Assembly: GCA_030295235.1 (NCBI GenBank)
Contig: AP026169.1
Span: 124,001-188,000 of the forward strand
Origin: Fistulifera solaris
Lineage: Eukaryota
Reading direction: 5' to 3'
DNA length: 64,000 nucleotides
The position numbers and the translations under genes were made by a program. This document shows, piece after piece, positions 34,177 through 47,017 of the stretch. How positions within the stretch are numbered: position 1 is the stretch's first letter; every line of letters starts with the position of its first letter. The notes under the pieces were generated by a model that saw nothing but the letters and a program-made list of their open reading frames with translations, ran no database searches and had not been told where the DNA came from.

Positions 34177-37142
34177 TTAGTCTTGATAAGAAACGAATGG
34201 CCGGCATTCGAATTGGTACGGCAAGAAACGGACGAGCAACTCGGCGGAAGTAGTCTTGATTGCTTGACGAACACCGTCTGGCAAGAATTTTCGAATCCTT
34301 TTCAAGATGTCTTCATCTGTATCCCCAAAGTCGTCGCGGTACCACTGACAGATTCTCGGTAACTGAACCACCAGATCTCTGCTTGTACGAGCAGCGGTTA
34401 CACACTCGAGATACAAGCGACACGCAGCATCGAGCTGTCCGTCTAAATTCTTGTCGTTGAAAAGGATGATACTTTCCGGATTACTCAGCGATCCGCAATT
34501 CAAGGCAAAGTTGATACGCCAGTCTTTCACTTTCAGCGCCAAACGGCCATAGTCGGATTTAGGAATAGCAAACCGTGAAAGAAATTGAGAAGGTGCCGCC
34601 ATATTGGCACGAATAATACAGTGTTCCAGCTCTGTCAGCGAGAAAACATCGTCCCCTACTTGGTATGCCACGTTGTTGAAATAATTGATCCATACAAGAC
34701 CCCAATTTGGCGGACCAAGAACAAGAAAAGCATGGGATATCATGACATGATACAAGTTCAAAAAGAAGGCGAGTTTCTTTTCCTCTGTTAAATGGTTCGT
34801 TGTTGTGTCTTTCAGTAAAGCGGCAGCTTCAAGAAAAGGCCGTGTTGCATCACCAGCCAAGGCTAGCCGAAGCACGCGTGCGACAAGTTCTACGGGATCC
34901 TCCTTTGCGTCCAAGCGCTGGTGAAACGAAAAGCGTGCGCAATTAAGTAGCCTTCGATGTTTACATCGCCACATCGTACTTTTATGCATAAACTCTTCTG
35001 CTGGGTTGTCCGAAATCATGTCGCTCGAAACGTCGTCTCTCGCCCATGATTGTAGACATTGCAGCCACTCGTCTCGCTGAGCCTCGTTTCGAAACATGAG
35101 GTATACGGTTCGACCCGGTGTATTAATGCCGAGAAAGAAAAACTGGGGTGTATTCGGACTGTCTTCTATAGGCAGACTCTTGACGTCAGTAATTGAAGAA
35201 ATCTGAAAGTGAGCTTTGCTTCGATCCGGATGAAAGAATTCGATTCGATCTGGATAAACACGTGCCCATTCTTCGATCCAGTGCCGGTCGCTGATAGCGC
35301 GAGCGATCAAGCCTTGTGTCAGTAGTTCAATTCGTTCTTTGCTCGTAGTACTTGCGAGCTTATGATTCTGTTGTAGGAACAACTCGCCGTAAGTATTAGC
35401 CTGAACAGATTTCACTGCCTTGAGTTGGTTTAGGAGATCAGTTTTAGGATAGATCAACATTATTCCCAAAGCGCGCCGAGTCCATTCATTCCCAGATATG
35501 CGAGGAGAAAAGTGAATCTCCATTTGTTTCCGAATCCACTTGTTATTTCGAACAAAATCCTCACAAGCCGATGCTGGCCACAACGCCCATGGCTCATTTT
35601 CAGTTTGAATGGCAAATACTTTGCTATAGCCACCCCGACTCGTACACACTTCCAACCAGAACGGACAAACAACATCGATTTGTGCCAACAGATCAATTTC
35701 GTCGTGTTGTGGAAGATGAACCTTTGCAGCATCCCGTTCACTCAAATCATTTGTCATTTCCTCAGCATCAAAATAGAAATATGCATCTTCCGTACTGTCA
35801 TCATCAATGATAAAAACACCGCTTTCTCGACGTTTCAAATTATTTTGCGTGGATTGTACCAAAACTTTGGGCCGATTGGAGCCGGACCATCGGAAAATGT
35901 CGTTATCTCCTTCTGGTTCTTCCTGTAGCTGTTCGGTCACCGCATCGGCACCCAGATACTTCAACTGCACACCAAACGCGTAACGCTTGTTGCGTGCCGT
36001 ATGTTTGTCTTTGGGGGGAGCATCATAGAAACACAGATTCACGGGAGAATCGCCCCAAAATGTTTGCAACGCCACATCTCCTGATACTGGCAACTGCACC
36101 AATTTCCATTGCGCTAAGTCAATGTACATGGAAAAGAATTCCATCGAGTACGTATCTGTCGTATTCCAAGATCCGGTCGATTGTGTTTCTTTCCGAAATT
36201 GCATCGATTCCGGTGCTTCGTCCCAGGGATCCCCCAAGCGCGGGGGGTTCTTGAAAGGGCGGCGTCACAATCATTTTTCCATGGCCGTAAACGCGGGAAT
36301 GACAATGTGCGCCAATTCATCGTCACTTCCAAACGAGAAATGCACATTGGAATGAAATCGTTGGACTAATTTCAACAAGAGACGTGCGACACCTTGGGTG
36401 ACCAATCCCAATCGCATCGGTTGCATCAATTCGGCCCCCGCGTACAAGACACCCTGTGGCACTTGGCGGAAGGTGCCTTGAATTTGCCAGACGATGCGTC
36501 GTTTCTTTGGGCAAACAATCGTGTATGCCAGTACGGATCTTGTTTCGGTGGGAGTGGTTTGATGACCATGAGACAGTGTCCTTCAAACAAATCATTTTGG
36601 AAGGGAATGGGTTGTGTGGCATTCAATGGGAAAGAATCATTTGTTGTGTTCGTATTGGTTTGAGGCAACCAAGTCGCTTGAAGCGAAGGAAGAAGCGATG
36701 GTGGACTTTGGTTGTTGCTGTTGCTGTCACCATTTGTCTCATCGAGGCCCGCCAAATAAAGAGCTAACGCTCGTCGTCGTTCTGTTTGTGAGCAAAACGA
36801 TTCGGGTACAAATACAATTCTGGATTGGCTAGGTAATCGCAATTCGGGCACTCTTGTATCATGTAATTGTATTGTCGTCGGAATCGCCAGATTCGACACG
36901 GAAATCGCCAAACGACTGGGATGACGACCTCGAAGTAAAAACAATGTGACGACTTCAAAGGATACAATACAAACAGTGTCGTCAATATTATTTTCACACA
37001 CAGCTTTCGGAAATTGTTGTAACAAATATTGAGCATCGTCAGGAAGCTGGGGAGTCGAAAGCGTCAACATCATCGGCGTGTTTGTTGTGTTGGCTTGGTC
37101 TGCGCCATTTGTATCATTCGAAGAAGAAGCAGTATTTCCCAT
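34177..37142 (-). CDS. Multidomain protein: DUF1769-like N-terminal region, PH-like region and C-terminal DUF547
   Basis: N-terminal MGNTAS (possible myristoylation). PIPFQNDLFEG and TDTYSMEFFSMYIDL are DUF1769-like; KLAFFLNLYHVMISHA and RINFALNCGSLSNP are DUF547-like. Indels near 36240-36500. Confidence 0.75.
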
Positions 37143-37540
37143 GATAACTTCACTTCATTTAGTATTATCCCGTCGATTTTACTCCTGCAAATTATTCAAA
37201 GAGACTCAAGATAAATGAATGATAGGGCGTCTCATCAGTATATAGGGGGATAATAAGGATTTTGTTTGTTGTCACGACGCGCGACGCGTTTAGCTTCTAG
37301 TCACGTTTGGGGGGAACACGGAGGAACATCTCCCGCTGTGACGTCATTGAGCTGGTTCTTCGGATCTGTCCTTCGCTCGTCGATTTTCTCATCGAAAAAA
37401 ATCCGACACCGAGGAAAAAACACATCATCGCGACGTTTTACGACGCGCATATAGACCGCCCCTTCATTTTCTTGTTGTTGTCCGTTTCTTGTTTGCTCTT
37501 CTCTTTGGTAGCACTGATAATACCAACACTAACACTCGGA

Positions 37541-39178
37541 ATGTTTCAACGCTTCTCCTTCTACATAAGAAGATTCCAGCCTTCCGCTCAGAAGGCTGTA
37601 CTTGTGACCGCGACGGCGGCGACTTGTTACTATTCCTTGTCTCACCATGTTCAGCCCCACAACACCGTTATTTGTTCTTCCGATGAAAATACTACTACAA
37701 CTACTACTATTACTACTACTTTATTAAATTGGAGTGGCACACACGCTGTCACCACTTCGCAATATTGGGAACCGGACACCATCGAACAAGTTGAAGCGAT
37801 CGTTCAAGATTGTCAACGCCAACGAAAGACCATTCGTCCTTTGGGTTCGGCGTTGAGTCCGAATGCTATTGGCTTTGCTTCGGAAGGAATGTTGCAAATG
37901 GCCGGACTGGATCGTATTATCCGTGTGGACCCAGAACGTCAACAAGTGACAGTGCAAGCCGGGGCGCGTGTTTCCCAAGTCATCGAAGCTCTACGAGAGC
38001 ATCAATTGACGTTACCGAATTTGGCTTCCATTGCCGAACAACAAATGGGAGGATTGATTCAAGTGGGTGCCCATGGGACGGGACGGACTTTGGCTCCGTT
38101 GGATGCGTATGTGACAGAACTCAAACTAGTGACACCAGCGCATCCTCACGCCGTTACCATCACACGCGAGGATCCTTTGTTTTCGTGGTGTACCGTGGGA
38201 TTGGGATGTTTGGGCGTGGTGGTGGAAATCACGATGCAATGCGTCCCTGCCCATGAATTGGTGGAGCATACGTTTGTCGTGTCACGGAAGGAAGCGGTCG
38301 AACGTGTGCAAGAATGGTTGCAAGAACATAAACATTTGCGATATATGTGGATTCCGTACACGGATTCGGTCGTAGTCGTGACGAACAATCCGCGCGAAAA
38401 GTGGACGGAAGGTCAAGTTCCGACACCCACCGTCTTTTCCCGAGAGGAACAATTTCAACCATTACTGGATTTGCTACACGAACTAGATCCCGACGTGGAT
38501 GCTACCGGAATGGGATTTGGCGAATTACGCGATGCCCTCTTGGCATTTGATCCACTGAATTTGGAACATGTACAACGGTGCAATCGCGCGGAAGCAGAAT
38601 TTTGGAAACGAAGTCAAGGATATCGCATTCGACCCAGTGACGAAGTACTGCAATTTGATTGTGGAGGACAACAGTGGGTATGGGAAGTATGTTTCCCGAC
38701 GGGTACACAAGAAGCGACTAATGGGAATGATATGGCATACATGCAAAAACTATTGCAGGGGATTGAAGAAAAGCTTCAAATACCAGCACATGCACCGATT
38801 GAACAACGCTGGTCTGCCTCGTCGCCTTCCAAAATGTCACCGGCTCATGGAGATGCGAATGGGTTGCACTCATGGGTCGGGATTATCGCGTATTTGCCTT
38901 CCGAAGATGAGCGTCAAAGGCGACAGATCACTGACGTGTTTACTGGAACCTACTGTGACTGGATGCGTCAAGTGGGACAGCCGTTTCACGCAGCGAGTCA
39001 TTGGGCTAAATTAGAACGTCCCGCATCGATGAATCGCCTAATTGATCTGCAGTTGTTTATGCAACAGAGATTTCCCTTACAAGAATTCAATGCGCTGCGA
39101 GCCAAACTGGATCCGCATAATATATTGGCAAATTCATTATTGAATCTGATCTTGGGTGATCCTCGTAACTTAGACTGA
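37541..39178 (+). CDS. GLDH: L-galactono-1,4-lactone dehydrogenase (mitochondrial, ascorbate synthesis)
   Basis: Motifs NWSGTH, GSALSPN, NLASIAEQQMGGLIQVGAHGTG, FDCGGQQWV, PIEQRWSASS, SWVGII and HWAKLE. Confidence 0.92.
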   Translation: MFQRFSFYIRRFQPSAQKAVLVTATAATCYYSLSHHVQPHNTVICSSDENTTTTTTITTTLLNWSGTHAVTTSQYWEPDTIEQVEAIVQDCQRQRKTIRPLGSALSPNAIGFASEGMLQMAGLDRIIRVDPERQQVTVQAGARVSQVIEALREHQLTLPNLASIAEQQMGGLIQVGAHGTGRTLAPLDAYVTELKLVTPAHPHAVTITREDPLFSWCTVGLGCLGVVVEITMQCVPAHELVEHTFVVSRKEAVERVQEWLQEHKHLRYMWIPYTDSVVVVTNNPREKWTEGQVPTPTVFSREEQFQPLLDLLHELDPDVDATGMGFGELRDALLAFDPLNLEHVQRCNRAEAEFWKRSQGYRIRPSDEVLQFDCGGQQWVWEVCFPTGTQEATNGNDMAYMQKLLQGIEEKLQIPAHAPIEQRWSASSPSKMSPAHGDANGLHSWVGIIAYLPSEDERQRRQITDVFTGTYCDWMRQVGQPFHAASHWAKLERPASMNRLIDLQLFMQQRFPLQEFNALRAKLDPHNILANSLLNLILGDPRNLD

Positions 39179-39279
39179 ATATAAAAAGGAGCTCTACTAT
39201 CTTTAGTTCATACTTTAACGTGGGAATCCATTGTACATAAAAATCCAAACCACGATTATTATGAATACAAAGAATCGAT

Positions 39280-40476
39280 TCATAACGGTATCTTCGGTAT
39301 CGTCCCAGCTTGCTCAAGCATATCCATCGATGTTCGAAACATTTCAGCGTACATGGAAATATCGGGCCCCTCTGCTGTGTTGTCGTCACTATCGTTGTTT
39401 CTTTGTTTCTCGTACACTTTTTCAATTTTGGAAAGCCGTTTCTTCCATTCGAGATCCCTCCACGTCAATTCACTTTTCGAATCGTCGTCTTTGGGTTCTT
39501 GTAGTAAGGTACCTAAGATAAGGCGTTGCAAGATTCGATCCGCACCATTGCTTTTCCACATTTTCCCGACACTACTACAGTATTCAATAGCTTCTTCCAA
39601 AGAACTTTGTGGAATGTCATCCGCTTCTTGTAATTCCTCCTGATATTCGAATACTTGGTCAAAGGTTTCATAGAATGCTAAGTAATACGCACCAAAGGGA
39701 TTGTTCCGTATGGCCGATACCATGCGTGCGTGCGGAGAACGCTGCAATTCTACCGCCAACCAAGCAGTCGAAAAGACCCACCATACGTCGTCGGACGGAG
39801 GATGCTGATCCAAAAATTGTTCCGCCTGTTGATAATTGCCTTGATCCATATACCATTGCAAAATATCACGTGGTGCTGTCGTCCATTGCACTGAATGCAA
39901 TCGTTCCAAAGTCATGCATTCCTGCCAATAGGGAATGGGATTATTGTTATTACCACCCATTTCGACTTGCAAATGACCACATTGCATCAACGTGGACAGG
40001 TAGTCCCGCAATACTGACGCTGCACGCTCTTGTTTTGCCATTGGTGTTTGTAGTAAATTTTGCAGGCGCGATTGTTTCGTTCGGTAATCGTCGTGTGCTT
40101 TTTGATGAGGACATTGATAACGAGTATCAAAATCGTACACCAAATGAGCCGGACGAGCGGCACCTTTTAGTTTCCATGTTTCGGGACCCGGTCGAACCCA
40201 TTTCTTCTTTTTGCCTTGCTCTTGGTCTTGTAATAGCAACAATTGCTTCTTTTCTTCCTCTTCTTCTTTTCGCTGCAATTCGGCTTCCGCCACCGGATCC
40301 CATTGCATCAATCGCTCTTTCAATTGTTCCATTTTTCGACTCGTCTTGGTAAAATGCAATTTGACTCGTAATTGTTGTCGTTTGTCGAACGTATCGTGCG
40401 TCAACAACGCCGTTCGTTCGTGTCGACGCGCATCCTGTCGGTTCTTTTTTTTCTTTGTGTTCACTGCGTTCGGCAT
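39280..40476 (-). CDS. Hypothetical protein with a Lys/Arg-rich N-terminus and a helical (TPR-like) C-terminal half
   Basis: Long uninterrupted ORF; GPETWKLKGAARPA motif; ATG at 40476. Confidence 0.7.
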   Translation of the reverse strand: MPNAVNTKKKKNRQDARRHERTALLTHDTFDKRQQLRVKLHFTKTSRKMEQLKERLMQWDPVAEAELQRKEEEEEKKQLLLLQDQEQGKKKKWVRPGPETWKLKGAARPAHLVYDFDTRYQCPHQKAHDDYRTKQSRLQNLLQTPMAKQERAASVLRDYLSTLMQCGHLQVEMGGNNNNPIPYWQECMTLERLHSVQWTTAPRDILQWYMDQGNYQQAEQFLDQHPPSDDVWWVFSTAWLAVELQRSPHARMVSAIRNNPFGAYYLAFYETFDQVFEYQEELQEADDIPQSSLEEAIEYCSSVGKMWKSNGADRILQRLILGTLLQEPKDDDSKSELTWRDLEWKKRLSKIEKVYEKQRNNDSDDNTAEGPDISMYAEMFRTSMDMLEQAGTIPKIPL

Positions 40477-40934
40477 GATCGGCCGCCGACCAATTGCCTT
40501 GCTGTTTTCGCTTCGTTCCTTTTGATTTGGGCATACTATTAGCACGAAAGAAGACGTGTATTTCGACCAAGATAGCCAGTTTGTTATTTAAGAGTGTCTG
40601 CGTTTTTGTTATTAGGAATCATAAAGAAAACAAAAATTGCGCAGTACCATGTACTACGGTATAATTTTTCGTGGCGTTCGTTCGTGACGGGTGACGGACA
40701 GGCATGTTTGCGGTGACGCTTGATGCGGGGCCCTTTGCGTCCCGGCAGCGCCAGGATGGTAAAAAGGAACAGGATCTTATACACTTTTCCAACCAATAAA
40801 TCATCCGCTTTCATCAAGTACTAGTCTAGTGTGAAAAAGTTTTCTCGTTCTTTGTCAGAGAGCTGCATCTGGATATTCTATCGTGAGAATTAAAGGGGGT
40901 GTCCCTTACTAAAAAAAACTATGCATCGGATGCT

Positions 40935-41787
40935 TCAAATCACATTCTTGTAATCCGGAGTATCCCGAAACTGGCCAGACGAATGAATATTGTGAAGATT
41001 CATGGGGTAATTGGAAGCATCATCCAAGTAGCTATCACTCAAGTCCTCATCATCGTGAAATTCCCGATGACGATGATGATTCTTCCGAGGGAACCAGGTA
41101 CGATCCTGAAACTTGGCCACGGCCCGGCGTGTAAAGGCATGGTAGCGCCATCGACGGGATCGCCATTTCCGACGGTAGAACATCATCCCACCCATCGTTA
41201 GTATAGCAAGCAACACCGAAACGACCCACAAAGCCATTCTTCCCGAAGATGAAACAATGATATTGCCAGGGGCCACGGATGCTCGAACATCACAAGAAGG
41301 ACCCGTCCATTCGGGTGGACATTCACAGAATCGTAGGGTCATGTCGTGATCGTTTTTCGTCTCTCGACATTTCCCATAATTGTAACATCGAAATCCTTCG
41401 TTGCAATTTTCATACGGTGTTTCACACAATCGGCCCGTGAAGTATCCCATACACCGGCAAGTAAATTCTGATTTGCTTTTGTCGTTCTTCAATTTGTTAC
41501 TTTCTTGGGTGGAACGACAAATACCGCCATGTTGACAAGCCAAAGGACAAAAGTGTTCACAACGCGCGCCAGTGTACCCATCGGCACATACGCATTGCAA
41601 AAGGTTCCTTGTCCTGTTTCCGTATAACGACAGGTACCTCCGTGGAGACATTGCGCGTTGCTGTTGCAAGTTTGGTGTAATATTGGAGCAGATTCACTCG
41701 TAACGACTGGTAAAAGAGCGAATATCAGGGCGACGGGTATTCGACGGAACGGATTTTTCGTCTCGTGTTGCTGTCTTTTTCGAACAT
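40935..41787 (-). CDS. Single-pass membrane protein with about three EGF-like repeats
   Basis: CVCADGYTGARCE, CRCMGYFTGRLCE and CECPPEWTGPSCD, then a TM segment and basic stop-transfer. The signal-like N-terminus is recovered across indels; start tentative. Confidence 0.8.
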
Positions 41788-42340
41788 CTGTTGCACTGTG
41801 AAGAGATTCATTGACTCAAACTGATTCCTATTGTAGTTATTTGTGTTGTTGCTTTGTCAAGGCTGCGTTTTGGTTAAAATTGCAACATTTGTCATGGCAA
41901 TCATCTTCCTTTCTTTCTTTCTATAAAGGAATAATGTCTCGCCCGCGGGCGGCATCATCCAACGGATCGATCGCGCACCGAATAAAAAGCGGTAAGACAT
42001 TCAATAGTACACTCTGTCCTAGTGTGCGACACACGAAAACCGGACTCGTTCCACAAGAAGCAAGACTCAATCCTCCAAAGAAGAGACCGGTTTCGTTTTG
42101 TACACTCTACTATCAACACTGTGATAAGATATGTTGCGATGAAAACCGGTCAGTCTATCCTATCACTACACTTTTGTATCGACTTTGGCGATATTTGACA
42201 AGAACAAAAACTGGTCTCCAACAAGGCGGAGACGCTCGATTTTTTCTTTTTCCCATTGCACTTCATCACTTTTCTTCTCATAAAAAGGAAAGGTCAACAT
42301 TCTTTTGCTCTACTAACTCATCAAGCAACGAAACAAAACC

Positions 42341-43425
42341 ATGGCAGGTGACGACTTGGATCTTATGCTCCAACATGAATGCTTCCCCACCATGGTCGAG
42401 CTCACGCTCCTTATCCAACAAGGATATCAGGCCGTCCGCGATCAAACAGGACGGACGTATACATCCCAACAAAAGCTCCCCAAGAGTAGCTTGACTTTGG
42501 ACGAAACCATGAAGGCCACGCTTCACATGCAACAAAAGCTCCTCTCCAATCCCAAAGTCCCACGAACCGTCGTTCGTCGTGGGCAATATCCCATCACCGA
42601 TGCCATCATCGACGACTCGTTGCGCATCCTCCGGCGAGAAAATGAGGACCTTCAAAACTATGCACAAGACCCGAAAGCCGCACAATCGGTCAACGAATCA
42701 TCACCAAAGAAGAAAGGGTCCAAAAGGAAGCCATTGCCATCAAGTATGCCAAGTGGCAGACCGATATTCTCATGAAGTGGATGGTCGATCACAGTGAAGA
42801 ACCCTTTCCCGATCAAACCGCGATTGCCCAACTCATGTCTCAAACGGGTTTATCGCAATCGCAAGTCGTCAATTGGACCACGAATGTGCGAAAGCGCAAC
42901 AAAAAGGCCACCTGCCAAGGCGGGAAGAAACCCCATCACTTTATTGACTTCATGTTTCTCGTTCAAGAACGAGAACAACAGCAATATGGACCGCCGAGTC
43001 GGAAAAAGTTGGCGACACCGGCTTCCCGACGTGCGGCAGCCACGGTGTCTCCGCTGTCGCAATGCAGTGCATCTTCGTTTCAAAATTTGGAAGACGACGA
43101 TGTCTTGTTGATTGATGACCCCGAAATGGAATTGATGCAAGAATTTGCCAGCACGTGGCTCAAGAATGCACAACAACCAGCGGAGTTGTGGTTGGTAGAC
43201 GACGACGCACCGCTTGGTGATGCTTTTGAGGAGTTCATGGCCGAAACTTATCAGCCTCCGCACTTGTTACCGTGCATTACCGATGACAATGCCGAACAAG
43301 ACACGTTTGGTCGAAAACGGTCTCGATCGTTCGATATCGATGACAGCGAAGTAGACAGCGACTTAGAGGAATGGGTTCAATCCTTTGATTTGAATGAAAT
43401 GGATCTGGAGATGGAAATCGTGTAA
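42341..43425 (+). CDS. TALE-class (Homeobox_KN) homeodomain transcription factor
   Basis: After an indel near 42724 the frame reads KYAKWQTDILMKWMVDHSEEPFPDQ...TGLSQSQVVNWTTNVRKRN, followed by an acidic C-terminus. Confidence 0.85.
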
Positions 43426-43671
43426 ACTTCGTCTGTGTGTGACAGTGAAAGTATAGAAATAATTTTTAGATGTTTTCCAAGAAAAAAGCCCGTCATATTT
43501 AAGTGCAGCGTAGTAGCATGATGCAATGAACATTCACAACAAGGATTCATGCTTTTGGGTTTTTTCGAAGCAATCCTAGAGAAAGAAGCGTCGATTCCAA
43601 GTAAATAATCATGTGGTAGCTCCACTTTAGGGGCACTGCCGGCAACTATTGGTCGCTTTCTTCGCGTCACT

Positions 43672-45000
43672 TTATTCCGTGTCTTTCCTTTTCGACGTAG
43701 GCACCAACGGACTCCAATCTTTTCCCAAATACACCGTGACCGTCTTGAGACGAGCATTGAGATAATGTTCTTCCCATAAACAATTCCCACGATATCCCGC
43801 CATGATCGCGGCTTGTCCGACACTTTGTCGCCTTGTATTCCGTGGCACGTCGTACAAGACGTAAGGTGTCACGGCGGCCGCCAATCGTAACAATTCCACC
43901 CCATTGACACAATTGCTATCATCTACGGCATGGTTGAATTGCGCACGTCGTTCTTGTTTGCGATGATTTGATTGATTGGTGAAGGAATCAAAGAAATCGT
44001 CTTGGACGGTCGTCACATTGGCCCGCCGGGGACGTTCAATTTTCATTTGATGTTCGAGATCGTATCCGTGTTTCCCAAACAAGACTTCATAATCCACACC
44101 ACCCCACGGTGGATCCATAAAAATGGTATCAATGGTCCGCGGTAATAAATCAATGCCCCCAATTTGGTATCCCTCAAAAACTTCGGTAGCGACGGGAGGT
44201 GGCATGGCTTCCATGAGGGCTTGCGCTTGTTGCGGACACGCGATGGGTTGATCCAGTATGAATTCCCCATTCTTGTAACAGTATTCGAATAAAAACAAGA
44301 CATTGCATTCAATGAATACGAGACGATGCGTAGGAATTCCGTACAGACGGGCATTGTGTGCGGCTTTGCGCAATTTCTGACGATCGACATCGACCGCCAC
44401 GACTTGTTCGGATACGATGGAAGCAAATTGTATCGCATTTCCACCACATCCACAAAAGGCATCTAACAATATACGGGGCGCATAGTGTTGTTGAGTAAAC
44501 TGCGCAACATGCTGCGCAATCTGTTCTGGTGTCACCGAGAACCACCCTTCTTCATCCAATTGAATGCCCTGATCGAATTTATGAAACAACCGGTGTCGTT
44601 GATTCCAATATTTGGTAATGGCCGGTAATGGTGATGGTTTCGTCGTATCCATGACTTGCAATTGCCTCCAAAACGGTAAAGGCGTGGTGGGTGTCGGCGG
44701 AATCCGACAAATGGCAATGGAACCGGAAGTAGATGAAGAAAGATCAAAGGAATACGGTGTCAGCAGCAGAGGAGGAGGAGGATCCAGTGTCGTCGTCATT
44801 TCGTGTGTAGGAATAAAACCAGAATCATACAAATCCACACGAGTCACCAATACGGACATGGCGTGTGGTTGATGAGGATGAAACGGAGGTGTTCGAGGAG
44901 GCGGAGTGTGGTGATGGTTGCTGTAGTTGTTGTTGTTGTTGCTGTAATGATTATTGTTGTGACGTCCTTTGACATCGGTTCCTCGTGGCGGAGTCGACAT
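43672..45000 (-). CDS. TGS1: Trimethylguanosine synthase (RNA cap hypermethylase)
   Basis: Motifs KYWNQRHRLFHKFDQGIQLDEEGWFSVTPEQIA, DAFCGCGGNAIQFA and FMDPPWGG. Confidence 0.92.
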   Translation of the reverse strand: MSTPPRGTDVKGRHNNNHYSNNNNNYSNHHHTPPPRTPPFHPHQPHAMSVLVTRVDLYDSGFIPTHEMTTTLDPPPPLLLTPYSFDLSSSTSGSIAICRIPPTPTTPLPFWRQLQVMDTTKPSPLPAITKYWNQRHRLFHKFDQGIQLDEEGWFSVTPEQIAQHVAQFTQQHYAPRILLDAFCGCGGNAIQFASIVSEQVVAVDVDRQKLRKAAHNARLYGIPTHRLVFIECNVLFLFEYCYKNGEFILDQPIACPQQAQALMEAMPPPVATEVFEGYQIGGIDLLPRTIDTIFMDPPWGGVDYEVLFGKHGYDLEHQMKIERPRRANVTTVQDDFFDSFTNQSNHRKQERRAQFNHAVDDSNCVNGVELLRLAAAVTPYVLYDVPRNTRRQSVGQAAIMAGYRGNCLWEEHYLNARLKTVTVYLGKDWSPLVPTSKRKDTE

Positions 45001-45332
45001 GATAATCAATGAATGGGATGTATTCGAGACTGTGGGAGACTCGTCGTAAGGAAAGAAAATAAAACTCCGTATTAAGATAGCAATGAATCTCCTACTTATG
45101 TAAATACTAGTACCTGGTACTCCGTTAAATAATGAGGAATCAAATGAGGATTTTATGTGGCGCATTATCATCGTCACGCGCCATCATGGCGGATACGTGT
45201 GGCCATTGGATAGCAATACCGGATGGGATTATTACTGTAAGCAAACAAGTCGACCGGACTAAGATTTATAGTCACACCGGTTGCACCACGGAGGAATCAC
45301 CTAGCTGTTTACTTTCATGGGTCAACAACTAA

Positions 45333-46537
45333 CTAATACACTTGTTCTTGTTGTTGGTGAGCTTCCCACGCATCATTGATGACATCCCACAGTAATTTCA
45401 GCAAGTAGGTTTGTTCGGTACTCATATCCCGGGGCCACTTGTCGGGATGCAAAAGAATCGCACCTGCCGCATACTACGCTTCTCGCCTTTGGGCCATTTG
45501 TCAAAGTAGGCGTGATGCGGCACGAAAGCAAAATTGTGATGCAACGTCGGTAGCAATTGCGACAAGTCCCGGAGGCATTGATAGGCCGGTGGTCGTAACG
45601 CCCAGTCCCGCGTAACGCGTTCTTTCAATTGGGTCGGCGTCAAGATGACGGAGGGTGCCTTCGTTTGCTGTAATGTTGTTTTGAGATCCGGCGGAGCACT
45701 GGAACTTCGATGCAGTGGTCTTGACTGTGGCTGTGCTTTCACAGGTGGATTGGGCCGTGGACTCGGTCGAACGGGTTGTTGCGAGACGGGGGCGCTGTGG
45801 ATGCGGGTTGCTGGAACGGCTACCGGTCGATGCATCGCCGGGGCCTGCATGGCATATCCGTGCGAATACTGCGACGGGCGATTGTTCCAGGAAGGTTGTG
45901 GTAACTGGTAGTGTTGCTGTGGAAAAGTAGATTGTTGTGGGAGCGGAAAATTGTGATGTTGGGGATGTTGTGGAGGATGAAAAGTGGGTGGTTGCTGGGG
46001 GTACAAAGGACGCTGCTGACTCAAAGGCAGAATAGGTTGCGACACTCGTGACATTGGGCTGACAGGGTCATCAAACGAAATCAAATTGTTGTCTTCTTGA
46101 ACGTGTGTAATTGGGGTTGTCGTTTGCAACAACTGCCCCACGAGACGAAGGGTCGAGACCCAATTTCGTGCCGCCTCACGATTCCGTGGACATCTCAACA
46201 CAATGTCTTCTGCTGACGCTGCAAAACGAATCACAAAACGATGTTCTCCCGCGGTCAGGGCATCGTCCTCAACAAGTTCGACGTGCCCAACAGCTTCGAT
46301 GGGAAATTGATGTAACGTTTGTCGTGTTTCCGCTCGCTGAATTATCACAGTAGGCGATCCCTGTTTCATCAGTGATACGAGAACCGATTTCCAGATACGC
46401 GTCAATTTTGAACGACGCAATTGTTCTAAAGTTCCTTGTGCAATGAAATGACTTTCGGGAGGAAAGGTTTGAAAGTAATGCTGCGAAGAAGATTGTTGAG
46501 AAGATGACAACCAGTCGTCGTCATTCGTATGATTCAT
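45333..46537 (-). CDS. PH-like domain, Pro/Gln-rich linker and C-terminal auxilin-type J domain
   Basis: Correcting an indel at the T-run near 45452 gives VRFFLHPDKWPRD...LLWDVINDAWE*, preceded by DWAL...LSQLLPTLH. PH-like C-terminal helix AARNWVSTL; NLISFDD clathrin-box-like motif. Confidence 0.75.
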
Positions 46538-47017
46538 TCTATTACTTGTAGGACTGTTGAAACTGTTCCTCAAAGATCAGAGAAGTCAAGGAAGGAAATA
46601 TATCAATGGAAATACTTGTAATTGCTATATTATTGTTGTCTTATGGTTTTGTCTCAGTTTTACGGAGTATTTTTTATTTTTCGTCGCAACGAAAAAAATA
46701 ATGTTGGTGCGAAACAAGACTGGTCTTGGTCGTGAGAATATTCCGTTGGAAGAAGCGCATGCCAGTGGCACCTACACTTTATTACTATAGAATCCCTCCG
46801 CTTAACCTGATCCTTACTACCCGTAACAAAAAAAAAACAGCGCAGTTTTTCGCGTTATTGCAGCACAATAAAACCAAGTGCGAAGCCTATACGTAGTAAT
46901 AGGATCTTTCTAACAATCATAACATTCCGTGCGTCTTCCATTTATCTCTATTATTGCTTGCTCTCCCTGTTTCGCTTCTTCCTTCACGAAGCGAACGAAT
47001 CACCCATCCATCCCATC

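Noticed and set aside
41811..42494. 227-aa ORF upstream of the homeobox gene
   Set aside because: TTG start, no recognisable motif, and it spans a divergent promoter/UTR region and overlaps the real CDS out of frame.
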